DNA from: Heterodontus francisci
Lineage: Eukaryota
NCBI RefSeq assembly: GCF_036365525.1
Contig: NC_090404.1
Span: 27,302,149-27,366,148, forward strand
DNA: 64,000 nt
Direction: 5' to 3'
The position numbers and the translations under genes are program-made. The notes below the pieces were generated by a model, which was given only the letters and a program-made list of their open reading frames with translations, did no database searches and was not told where the DNA came from. Each line of letters starts with the position of its first letter. Positions within the stretch are counted from its first letter, which is position 1. This document shows, in pieces, positions 52,146 to 64,000 of the stretch.

Positions 52146-52591
52146 TTGGCCATGTGAGCCGCATGGAAGATGGCAGGATCCCCAAAGACACATTGTACAG
52201 CGAGCTCGCCACTGGTATCAGACCCACCGGCCGTCCATGTCTCCGTTATAAAGACGTCTGCAAACGCGACATGAAATCGTGTGACATTGATCACAAGTCG
52301 TGGGAGTCAGTTGCCAGCATTCGCCAGAGCTGGCGGGCAGCCATAAAGACAGGGCTAAATTGTGGCGAGTCGAAGAGACTTAGTAGTTGGCAGGAAAAAA
52401 GACAGAGGCGCAAGGGGAGAGCCAACTGTGCAACAGCCCCAACAAACAAATTTCTCTGCAGCACCTGTGGAAGAGCCTGTCACTCCAGAATTGGCCTTTA
52501 TAGCCACTCCAGGCGCTGCTTCACAAACCACTGACCACCTCCAGGCACGTATCCATTGTCTCTCGAGATAAGGAGGCCCAAAAGAAAAAAG
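52146..52591 (+). mobile_element. 5'-truncated RTE-clade LINE with a 131-bp target-site duplication
   Basis: Intact RTE C-terminus (LGHVSRMEDGRIPKDTLYSEL...GRP.LRYKD...CSTCGRACHSRIGLYSH) with an AAAG-type tail. 52015-52145 is repeated exactly at 52592-52722. Confidence 0.92.
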
Positions 52592-53419
52592 AGTTACTCG
52601 GTCTATGCCTTCCTCCTTTTTTAAATAATAGTACAAACTTTGCAGTCCTCCAGTCCTCTGTCAGCACAGCTATAGCCATGGAGGATTGGAAAATGATGGC
52701 CAGAGTCTCTGCTATTTCATCCCTTGCTTCTCTTAGCTGCCTGGAACGTAGCAGCATTTCATCCAGACCTGACTATTTATGTGCATTCACATATACCAAA
52801 ACCCTTAATATTTCATCTGTACTATATTTATGCTGCCTGATATTTTATATTGTTCCTCCTTAATGACAATGTCTGCATAGTCCCACTCATTTATGAAGAT
52901 CGATGCCAAGTATTCAGAAAGAACCATACCCATGATTCTTCCTGGCTTTTTAAACTGTGGTATAACGTTATCAGCCCTCCAATTCTCAAGTACCATGCCA
53001 GAAGCCAGAAAAGGATCGAAAAATGATGGTCAGAGCTTCTGCTATATCTTCCCTTGCTTCCCTTTAAAGGAGGGTTAATGGATGGTGTAATCTAAACTTT
53101 GGAGCCACACCTTTCTAGGTCAAGCTAGAAATGCTTCTACAGGCAAAGCTTGGTAGAGGTTTGGAAATCTCCTCCACAAATGGCAATTGATGAACTCTGA
53201 CACATTTTTGTTAACCAAAGTTATTATGGATCTGGGAAAAGGCGGGTATATGGAGTTAGATCGCAGCTCGGCAATGATCTTATTAACTGGCGGAACAGGT
53301 TCAATGGATAAAAAGCCTCCTTCTGTTCTAATGTTCCTATAACTGATCTCCTGAGCTTACATTAACCTGGAAACCACAATTTACCAAATTCTGCTACCTA
53401 CATTTAACACATTTCTGTG

Positions 53420-53735
53420 CCCATCGTGGCAAAAACAAATGTAGCTATATGAACCGGTACGAATGGTGGCAAAAGCTATGCGCAGGAATTCATCACTTTG
53501 TGGTTTCAGAATCTCCAAAGCAGATGAGAGCCCCGCAAACAAAGCATCAGCAGAGATCACCCCACAGCACTGCAGCAAAGGACAACTCCATGTACGGCAG
53601 TTGTGGCAGATGTTGCCATTCCATAATCAGCTTGTTCAGCCATCAACAGTGTGCAGCAGACCATCTCATCTAAGTTCAGATGTTCTGAGGCTGCATTCCC
53701 ATCATCTCTCACATGTTGAAGGATGCCAATCATGA
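53420..53735 (+). mobile_element. Old RTE-clade 3' fragment
   Basis: Degenerate zinc-finger end, SCGRCCHSIISLFSHQ. Confidence 0.55.
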
Positions 53736-54409
53736 GTCAGGTACACTACGACTTTAACTCATTTTCTGTCCTACGTTTTCTGACATTCCTGATGCCCTGC
53801 TCTACAAACCTAGGCTTTCTCTTCGACTTGCAAAACTGAATTCAGTTGCTGAAACACAAAACAACACCCTCCAACACGTCTGTCTGCTTCTCTCAAATTT
53901 AACATTAAAATACATTTTTTTTCAAATATTAGAAGTTAAGTTAGTTGGCAAAACAGAGAAAGAGATGAGCAGAAATTATTTTACACAACGACCTGTATGA
54001 TATGGAAAACACTGCCTCGAAGACTGTTGGAAGCAGATTCGATCGGACCTTTCTGGAGAGAGATGGATATATTCTTAAACAGAAACATTTGGAGGCCAAG
54101 AGGAAAATAATTAGTAGCTATTTTACAGAGCCAGCACAGGTGCGATGGGTTGAATCTCTTCTTTCTGTGATGTATGATTCTTTGATCCTAAGTCTGGAGC
54201 CCTCTCTCATAAAAGTCTGTTGAGCCTGCGGTTCAAATGAAATATTCAAAACAGATTGATGGATTTTGTTAGGCAAGGTTTACAGTGGTATATGGAACGT
54301 AGATGGGAAAGTATAGTTAAGTTACAGATCAGTCATAATCTAATGTAACAATAAGACAGGTTTGTGGTTGCTGGATGACATACACCTGTTCCTAATTTCC
54401 TTTTCCCAG

Positions 54410-56118
54410 TTATAATGAAGCAAGGATTCTTTGTGAGTACTTTGTCTCTGTCTTCACAAAGTAGAGGGATAATGCAGACATTGTAATTAAAGAGGAGTGA
54501 AATATTAGATATGATAAGCATAATGTAAGTAGAAGTACCAGACAGTCTGAAATCCTTGAAAGTGGATCAATCACCAGGACCGGATGGATTGTATCCCAGA
54601 CTGTTAAAGGAAGCCAGAGAGAAAATAACTGAGCATCATTTTCAAATCCTCACTAGATACAGGCGAGGTACCAGAGGATTGGATGTCTGTAAACGTTGTA
54701 CCATAGTTTAAGAAGGGTGCAAGGGATAGTCCAAATCATTATAGTCCAGACAGTCTGACCTCGGTGGTGGGCAACTTATTAGAATCAATTCTGAGAGATA
54801 GGATAAACTGTCTCTTAGAAATGCACGGATTAATCAGGGACTGCCAACATGGATTTGGTAAGGAAAGATGGTACCTTGCGAACTTAATTGAATGCTTTGA
54901 AGAAGTAACAAGGAGGATTGATGAGGGTAGTACAGTGGATGTTATCGACATGGATGTTAGGGTGAGACATTTAACAAGCTCCCACATGGAAGACTAGTCA
55001 GAAAAGTAAAAGCTCACGGGATATAGGGCATCTGGCAGGTTGGATCCAAAATTGACTCAGTGACAGGAAACAAAGGGTCGACGGACGTGTTTGCGAGTGG
55101 AAGGCAGTTTCCAGTGGCATTCCATAGGGCTCAGTGTTGGGTCCCTTCCTGTTGGTGGTATATATTAATGATTTGGAGTTAAATGTGGGAGGCATGATTG
55201 GGAAATTTGCAGATGACACAAAAATAGGCCATGTCGTTGATAGTGAAGAGATAGCTGTAGACTCCAGATCAATGGTTTGGTTGAATTGGAGGGAAAGTGG
55301 CAAATAGAATTCAATCTGGAGAAGTGTGCAGTAATGCATTTGGTGAGGGCCGACAAAGAATGGGAATACAAAATAAACGTGAAGGCATTGAGAGGGGTTA
55401 GGGAGTGAGAGACCTTGGAGTGCTTGTCCACAGGTCCATGAAGGTGGCAGAACAGGTCGATAAGGTGGTGAAGGAGGCATCTTGGATGCTTTCCTTTATT
55501 GGCCGAGGTACAGTATACAAAAGCAGAGATGTAATGCCTGAACCATATACAACGTTGGATATGCCACAGCTGGAGTATATCTGGTCACCACATTATAGGA
55601 AGCACATAACTACTCGGGAGGGAGTACAGAGAAGATTTACAAGAATGTTTCCAGAATTTGAAAATTGCAGCTATGAGTAAAGGTTGGATAAGCTAGGGTT
55701 GTTTTCCTTAGAACAGAGGAGGCTGAGGGGTGACTTACGTGAGGTGTACAAAATGATGAGGGGCCTAGATAGAGTAGACAGGAAGGACATGTTTCCCCTA
55801 GCAGAGAGGTCAATTACTGAGGGGCACAGATTTAAGGTGATTGGTAGAAGGATTAGAGGGCACACTAGGAAAAAATTTGTCACCCAGAGAGTAGTGGATG
55901 TCTGGAATTCACTGTCCGGATTGGTGGTGGAGGAAGAAATCCTCAACTCATTTAAAAGCTCTCTGGACCTGTACCTGAAGTGTTGTAACCTGTAAGGCTA
56001 TGGACCAGATGCTGGAAGGTGGAATTAGAATGAACGGCTTTTTTTTTCAGCTGGTATATACATGAGGGGCTGAGTGGCCTCTTTTTGTGCCGTAATTTTC
56101 TATGGTTCTGTGGTTCTA
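54410..56118 (+). mobile_element. CR1 LINE RT/3' portion, degenerate
   Basis: ORFs 54764-54997, 55405-55680 and 55684-55995 (LGLFSLEQRRLRGDL), then a 3' tail. Confidence 0.85.
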
Positions 56119-57105
56119 GTGATGTTTTGATTAAGAGAAAACCATTGGTCTATTTACCCTTGCATTCGAAATGTCTTCTGAGCTTCCTTATGGTGATTCT
56201 AGATCTAATCGCCCTTTATCTCATTTAGTAGCATGAATTTTTCCACGTTTTATAAACATTAGCTTGGCTTTCTGTTTCATCCTCCATCAGTGGAAACGTG
56301 TCCACGACAAGTTCAATAAGTTCCTTTTATAATACAATTCACAATTTCCTTCAATGCCCAACGTTAACTCTTCTCATCTGGTTTATTGACTTTCGGCCTT
56401 ACTTCGAAGGCACTGAACTGCAGAAGCACGGCCGGATGGAGATTGATGAGCATCCATGGACCTGCCTTTATTACAAAAGGAAAACAGTGAAAAAGCAGCA
56501 GGTTACACTTGGAAACACGTAAATGGCTCACAGAAGCTTCAAAACTTAAAAATGCATCTGGTGTATATGTGTATACATATGTAACTTTGGTTATAATGTG
56601 TGCTTTATCATGCTGTAATACCTGTTCGAAAGAGAGAAAGGGGACAAGGAGGAGTAAAAAAAATACTAAGAGAGACAACTGGAGAAACAGCAAGAGATGT
56701 TGAGAGAGAGAGAGAGAGAGAGGAGGCGGGTGGAGAGAGGCAGAGAGCAACAGAGGCAAACTGTCAGGGAGATAAAAATATGGAAAGAGAGTGAGGGTGA
56801 GAATGATAGAGCTTCAGTAGAAGAGAAAGCTGAACTGACAGATTGACCTTCGACTTCCCATTTCCAATTGTTGGCAAATTCTGTCAGGAACTCAGCATGC
56901 TAGCAGTCAGTGAGTGCAATGGACTTTACCCCATCTGATAGTCGGCTTAAATTTACAGAACAGGGAAACACCGTATCAGAAAAAAAACATTCATTTTCCA
57001 CCTGATATCACTAAGGAGAACACACAAATAAAACAGCAGATAACAGCAGATAATTGAGAGAGGATCAGCCTACAGCTCATGCACTGCAGTCTCAGGGGAT
57101 GGAGA

Positions 57106-57456
57106 CTGGAGGGGGAGATGAAAGGGAAACGGACAAGTAAAGGTGAACAAAGGAGAGGCCTGATGAACCACCAGTAGTCATGTCTGATATAAAGCAGACA
57201 AGGGTGAAAATTTCATGTGTACGTGCCTTGCTAATGACTGGATAGTATAATGTACACCTGCTTAGAATGCAATAGGGTAACCTAGCTATGTACACGCAGC
57301 CGCAATTGGACAGAGAGCAGAGAAAAGACTTTGTAACAGAATGATTGGCAAATGCAAACGAGCTGCTGTTGTAAAATGGTATAAGAAAGTTTTTGGAACT
57401 ATTTGGGGAGTTTGTATGCCATATTGTAAGGGTACGGTCTCCCCGGCATATGCTTG
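57106..57456 (+). mobile_element. Upstream LTR, truncated at both ends
   Basis: Direct-repeat homology to 63075-63425. Confidence 0.85.
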
Positions 57457-59380
57457 TGGCCTAACTAAAGTTCTGTACAGCTGCAGTATGAATTGCCAAT
57501 TTTTATACTCTATGCCCCGACCGATGAAGGCAAGCATGCCATATGCCTTCTTGACTACCTTATCCACCTGCGTTGCCACTTTCAGTGATCTGTGGACCTG
57601 TACGCCCAGATCTCTCTGCCTGTCAATATTTCTAAGGGTTCTGCCATTTACTGTATACCTCCTACCTGCATTAGACCTTCCAAAATGCATTACCTCACAT
57701 TTGTCCGGATTAAACTCCATCTGCAATTTCTCCACCCAAGTCTCCAACTGATCTATATCCTGCTGTATCCTCTGACAATCCTCATCACTATCTGCAACTC
57801 CACCGACCTTTGTGTCATCCGCAAACTTACTAATCATACCAGCTACATTTTCCTCCAAATCATTCATATATACTACAAACAGCAAAGGTCCCAGCACTGA
57901 TCCCTGCGGAACACCACTAGTCACAGCCGTCCATTCAGAAAAGCACCCTTCCACTGCTACCCTCTGTCTTCTTTGACTGAGCCAGTTCTGTATCCATCTT
58001 GCCAGCTCACCTCTGATCCCGTGTGACTTCACCTTTTGTACCAGTCTGCCATGAGAGACCTTGTCAAAGGCTTTACTGAAGTCCATATAGATAGCATCCA
58101 CTGCCCTTCCTTCATCAATCATCTTCGTCACTTCCTCAAAAAACTCAATCAAATTAGTCAATTAATCAATTAATCAAACGACCTCCTCTTCACAAAACCA
58201 TACTGCCTCTCGCTGATAAGTTCGTTTGTTTCCAAATGGGAGTAAATCCTGTCCCGTAGAATCCTCTCTAATAATTTCCCTACCACTGACCTAAGGCTTG
58301 CCGGCCTATAATTTTTTGGATTATCCTTGCTACCCTTCTTAAACAAAGGAACAACATTGGCTATTCTCCAGTCCTCTGGGACCTCACCTGAAGCCAATGA
58401 GGATGCAAAGCGTTCTGTCAAGGCCCCAGCAATTTCTTCCCTTGCCTCCCTTAGTATTCTGGGGTGGATCCCATCAGGCCCTGGGGACTTTTCCACCTTA
58501 ATGCTTTGCAAGACACCCAACACCTCCTCCTTTTTGATAATGAGATGACTGAGACTATCTACACTCCCTTCCCTAGGCTCATCATCCATCAAATCCTTCT
58601 CCTTGGTGAATACTGATGCAAAGTACTCATTTCGTACCTCACCCATTTCCTCTGGCTCCACACATAGATTCCCTTCTCAGTCCTTGAGTGGGCCAACCCT
58701 TTCCCTAGTTACCCTCTTGCTCTTTATATATGTATAAAAAGCCGTGGGATTATCCTTAATCCTGTTTGCCAATGACTTTTCATGACCCCTTTTAGCCCTT
58801 CTGACTCCTTGCTTAAGTTCCTTCCTACTGTCTTTATATTCCTCAAGGGATTCGTCTGTTCCTAGCCTTCCAGCCCTTACGAATGCTTCCTTTTTCTTTT
58901 TGACGAGGCTCACAATATCCCACGTTAACCAAGGTTCTGGAAACTTGCCAAACTTATCCTTCTTCCTCACAGGAACATGCTGGTCCTGGATTCTAATCAA
59001 CTGACATTTGAAGGACTCCCACATGTCAGATGTTGATTTACCCTCAAACAGCTGCCCCCAATCTAAATTCTTCAATTCCTGCCTAATATTGTTACAATTA
59101 GCCTTCCCCCAATTTAGCACCTTCACCCGAGAACTACTCTTATCCTTATCCACAAGTACCTTAAAACTTATGGAATTATGGTCACTGTTCCCGAAATGCT
59201 CCCGTACTGAAACTTCGACCACCTGGCCGGGCTCATTCCCCAATACCAGGTCCAGTACGACCCCATCCCTAGGTGGACTATCTACATATTGTTTCAAGAA
59301 GCCCTCCTGAATGATCCTTACAAATTCTGCCCCATCCAATCCCATTTGCACTAAGTGAGTCCCAGTCAATATAGGGGAAG
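57457..59380 (-). mobile_element. Young CR1 (HER1-like) ORF2 fragment nested in the LTR element, 3' end missing
   Basis: ORFs 58677-59369, 58170-58661 and 57286-58161 (KFADDTK). Near identical to 47445-48045. Confidence 0.92.
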
Positions 59381-60861
59381 TGAAAAAGTAAAGGCGATAT
59401 GCGAAAGATTAAAGTTTGTATAAGAAGCTGGTGTTAAATATTTTGTTGCAAGAATGTTAAATAACTTTTTCTTTACTTTTTGGTTTTATTGCAGTCATTT
59501 GAAAAGGCGCCTGAAGAAAGAATAAGGAAAATGACGTAATTTACCTATCGTTTCAAAAATAAAGCACGTGCTATTCTGTTCTGTGTGTAGTTAATAAATA
59601 TTATGTTAATAAGTCTGAATTAAGTTTATCCTATTAAGGTTAACTAACCTGTTAAGTTGATAAAAACTTTTAAATATTTATTGCCGTGAACTGAAATTTG
59701 GAATCATCTTGGTCTCTAAACAAATCCTTGGATTAGAAACCTCTTATAAAAATGCTAAAAGTTTGGAAACAATGGGAGTTTAATCTAAAATACTGTCTTC
59801 TCTAATGGAGATGGTTTCCTTTGAAGTTGATAATGTTACTAATGATTTTGTTGTTTTAAAAACCGAAGGATACCAATAAAAACAACAGTTTAAAATGGAG
59901 TTCAGTTCTTTTCAGTCGGGAAAAAAAGGGTTACGTAAAGCTACGGAGCTGAGAATGTTTTGCTCTGCTCCTTGAAGACACGCAAAGAAATTAACCTTGC
60001 TGCAGCTATCTTTATCAAGGAGACAAAGTGCTTCAGAAGGAGAGATAGTTGCAAGCTCTTCTGTCCCTAATGTAAAAAAAATGTCACCAAGTCTGGGCAT
60101 AAGAAATTGGAATCGATAAACAAAATTAAATTGATATGAGTGGTTGTTTAAAGCACTGAAAAGAAAATTTATCCGACATTTAAGAGGACCATCAACGTTT
60201 AGAAAACAACAAAACAAAAACAGTCTAGGTGGTTCCTAACTATAAAACACAATGTTTCTTTTGGGGAGATATTAAATGGAACATTAGTAAATCCTGTCCC
60301 TCCAACAACACTGTTATTTGAATTTGGAATAATCTGAGATGTCAAAAGTCCAGTGTAATTTAGCAAGTTACTTTTAAGGAATTAAAATGTCACCTAAGAT
60401 AGAGAAAAAAATACAAACAATATATAGTAATACCTGGAATCAAATGGGAATGTTTGATTTCTGTTTTAAGGAATTATGAATATTGGATTGTAAAGGTTGT
60501 CCAGGGTTCAAAATGAAATAGAATTTTAATTAATGGGAATTGGCAATGAGATAGGGCTGATTCAAGTGCTAATAAAGGGATTCTGGGGATAAACAATGGT
60601 GAAATTAGAATTCAAACAGTTAAATTAATATAGTGTGGAATTTCCAAGAACTTAACAATAATCAGGAAAATTAAAGACATTAGTAATGACGGGAAGGGCG
60701 ATGAGCTTGCCAAGGGATGTTGTCGCAGATAGTGAGGAAACAGGACTCGCAAGAGAAAGGGTTAAAAGATTTTTGAAGGAGATGTGCAGACAGCCGCATG
60801 AGCGGAGGCAGGAGGTTATTTAGAAACAGACTTGGAAGAGAAACAGGCAAATGTGCCTGTT

Positions 60862-61015
60862 GTGGGAGACAAAGTAATGGTCAAAGTTATGCTGAGAAAA
60901 CCAGGATTTGTGCCTATGTGGATAGGACCTTACAGGGTAATCACAACCAGCGACATTGTGCCTGTGTGGACATTGGAGGGAAGGGACGCTGGAAACACTG
61001 GACGCAGCTGAAACA
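60862..61015 (+). pseudogene. Integrase C-terminal (GPY/F) remnant
   Basis: VGDKVMVKVMLRKPGFVPMWIGPYRVI, then after a frameshift CACVDIGGKGRWKHWTQLK. Confidence 0.75.
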
Positions 61016-61095
61016 TGTAACTGACTGATTTTTGTTTGGAAGAATTTAATCACGGCTGACCAGTGACGACTGGAAGGCCCATTATATCTAATAGA

Positions 61096-62864
61096 ATGGT
61101 ATCTACTATACTAATACTCCTGGGACTGGAGATCAGTGAAGGCTTGGGCCATCCAACAGCCATCAGATTATATTCCATAGAGGAATGGACGGGGAACTCG
61201 TAAAACCCTACAGTTGGTTTAACAAGCGAGATATCGACACCAAGGACACAAGTAACGACCCCCCCCCCCACCCCCACCCTGCTCCCTTGTCTGACACTAA
61301 AGCCTGGGCCAGAGAATGGGCTAGTGCTGACAAAAACTAGAAAGGCTTTGCATGATAATGTACACCATGAGCTGGTACCCATTGTCCTAAATATTTCTGA
61401 CATTAAATCATCCCAGTGGTTTCTGGTGGAAACCCAAACAATGTATAAAGCATTACTAAAACAGGTAATAACAGAGGCATCTTGGTTCAGCGCTGGGCGG
61501 TGACCAAGTGGTGCAGTCCCCGCACAGGGGAGGTACCGACGGAAACGTAGCCTATTGAATGATGCCACCACGCTGTTTAACACAGGAACATCAGTTGTAA
61601 ATACTATTGATCTGGCCACAGTGGAACAAAAGGTCCGAACGCTACTTCAGACAGGGACAACAGATCCAGAGTGGACAGCTCAGTATGGACCAAAGCCTGA
61701 TGTGGTACTTAAGAGTCGTGCGCATACCATTAATGAACTAATTGGTGACAGGCACTACATCAAAGTGGATGCGGTTAGGAACTATGTCTGCAGCAGGTAT
61801 GGATCTTGGATTCTTGAGCAGACTCGGGAGTGCTGGAGACAGCTCCACGAGGCTGAAATTCTCCTGTGGATATCAAACACCCACTGATCTAACTTATCTC
61901 GTCACCAGAAACAACCAGGACCTAACTGGTGGCCATCTCAGAGGTTTAACACATGTGTATAAAACTGATGAAAGATGTATTGTCAATAACAGCCTTATGA
62001 TAGGTGTGGTCTTGGCAATTCCAGTAATACCAGAATCAATACACAGTAAAATCCTATACGAAGTAGCGAACATCAGGGTAATAACAGAAGATTATTACAT
62101 AAAATATCAATATACCGCCATATGCCATAGAATTAGAGGGAAAATGATAAGTACTACTTTAGTTAGGTGTAGTATAGGAGCCCCTGCCGTAGTGTGTTTG
62201 CACCCGATATATATAGAACCGGGGAGGCCCAATCTGGGTTTAATGCAGCAGTCAATTTCACAATGGAAGCAATACGGGCAGTGATGGAACCGACCAATGT
62301 GGCATACGTGGGGAAAGGGAGATATTGTCTCACTACAACACAACAACAATATCAGTACGGACACAACCGATCCTGTATAACTAATCGCCTGGTATGTATA
62401 CATCCACAAGTACCAGCAAGAGTGGGAAAGGTAGAACTGGTGGAGATATATAAAAGGGAAAATGTCAGTCTGCAGGTCACAGACAGCATGAAAGAAAACC
62501 TCATGCAGTACTTGAGACAGTTCTCATACTCTATCCCACCATTACCCCCATACCTCACAGCCATCCTTGAGGGGTACATAAGGTGTATTACACCTTACAA
62601 CAACAGACCGAAGAACTGAAAGAAGAGGTCGAGCAGATCAATGACACCACATGGTGGGAGGACTTATGGAATTGGGGTTCAAACATACAGATACCAGCCT
62701 GGGCCAGGATCGCCTCCCACATCTTGGTTATTTCCCAAGTAGTGATGGTCGTGTATTTGACGTGCTTAATCCACAGGGTTAGAATGACACATGCGGTGAG
62801 ACCAGTCATATGGGGGCACGAGCACTCGGGGATTAAAAAGGTAGTTCATGAGCCCTTTCTGTAG
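61096..62864 (+). pseudogene. env: env-like class I fusion glycoprotein, about 590 codons with stops and frameshifts
   Basis: Signal-like MVSTILILLGL, a Pro/Thr stretch, furin site RRKR at 61537-61548, heptad-like VNTIDLATVEQKV, a Cys-containing middle region, YYTLQQQTEELKEEVEQIN, Trp-rich WWEDLWNW and a TM segment (ILVISQVVMVVYLTCLI). Confidence 0.8.
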
Positions 62865-63029
62865 GACCAACCCATATCGACGGTGTAGTCAATTGCCTTT
62901 ACACACCTAAGCTCGATACCTGGCCAGTATCAATGAGTGACAGACAGCAAAGAGAGTTGAGCACATCAATATACAGGTATTTGGCAAACTTGGGGAGGGC
63001 CAAGGGCCAAAAAGGTCGGAGGCGGGGGG

Positions 63030-63501
63030 TGTGACTGAATGGGGAGGCGAAAGGTCGGGGGAGGGGACAGAAGGGTGAGGCAAAAGGGAAAAGGACAAGT
63101 AGCAGTGAACAAAGGAGAAGGCCTGATGAACCACGAGTAGTCATGTCTGACATAAAGAAGACAAGGGTGAAAGTTTCATGTGTACGTGCCTTGCTAATGA
63201 TTGGATAGTATAATGTGCACCTGCTTAGAAGGTAATAGGGTAACCTAGCTATGTACAAGTAGACACAACTGGATAGAGATAATGGAGAGAAGACTGTGTA
63301 ACAGAATGATTGGTAAATGCAAATGAGCTGTTATCTGTAAAATAGTATAAGAATTATATTTTTGGAAATATTCTGAGAGTGCGTACACCATCTTGCATGT
63401 GTACGGTCTCCCCTGCATATGCTTGAAATAAACCGGTAAACAAAGCGCTTGAGTCTCGTGTGATCTATCGCAGAATCAGAGGGTGACTGAACTCCCTTTC
63501 A
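63030..63501 (+). mobile_element. Downstream (3') LTR, 472 bp
   Basis: Preceded by the purine tract GGAGGCGGGGGG. Termini TG...TTTCA. Contains ATTGG, ATGCAAAT, TATAAG and AATAAA (63427-63432). Confidence 0.85.
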
Positions 63502-64000
63502 GAGGCAAACCTTAAAATCGGGCAGAACAGCAAATAACTGAGAGAGGATCAGTCGACAGTCCATTCATTGCATTCCCATGGGATGGAGGCTATCCCTAAA
63601 ATCAAACATAACAACAGATAACTGAGAGAGGATTAGCCAGATGTTCAGCCACTGCAGTGCAGGAGGGTGGAGGTTATCCCCAACGGTGTGGCCTCAGACT
63701 GTGAAGCTTGAGTTCCATATTCTGTGTGCATCATAATTCCAGCTGGAACGGTGTCAGCAGAAATTGGTGTCTTGATTTCATAAAACACGCTGCATGTTCA
63801 TTGTGATAACTTGGTTGACTAAAGATTGAGATTATCACAAAACGTAGAATAGATTGTATACTTTGTAACGAATAATCTCGTTTTGTAAATCACCACCAAC
63901 CCCCCATCCAAGTTTCCACAGCTACAATGAAATAAAATTCCCTCAGCTGATTTCATCAGCTAACCCACACCAGTGCGAATTCAGAATTAATGTAAACTCG

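Overview
Eukaryotic, repeat-dense DNA from a cartilaginous fish (shark), judged by its HE1/V-SINEs, Deu-domain SINEs and CR1 LINEs. It appears to be part of a T-cell receptor alpha/delta variable-segment cluster. Three plus-strand V segments (V1 about 18.5 kb, V2 about 28.4 kb, V3 about 35.8 kb) each end in a 23-bp-spacer recombination signal sequence (RSS). V1 is apparently intact, V2 has a disabled leader, and V3 has an apparently intronless leader. They lie between two divergently oriented GPR139/GPR142-like class A GPCR loci that share a conserved promoter block: one complete two-exon gene (minus strand, 9893-12943, 321 aa) and an orphan exon 1 (plus strand, 44251-44308). The right end holds a decayed LTR element whose env has a paramyxovirus-F-like (lokiretrovirus-type) layout. 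The rest is mostly CR1 and CR1/Crack-like LINE fragments, SINEs, solo LTRs, Penelope-type ends with hammerhead cores, a young RTE insertion with a 131-bp target-site duplication, and minisatellites. All calls were made by eye with no database searches, and repeat boundaries are approximate.
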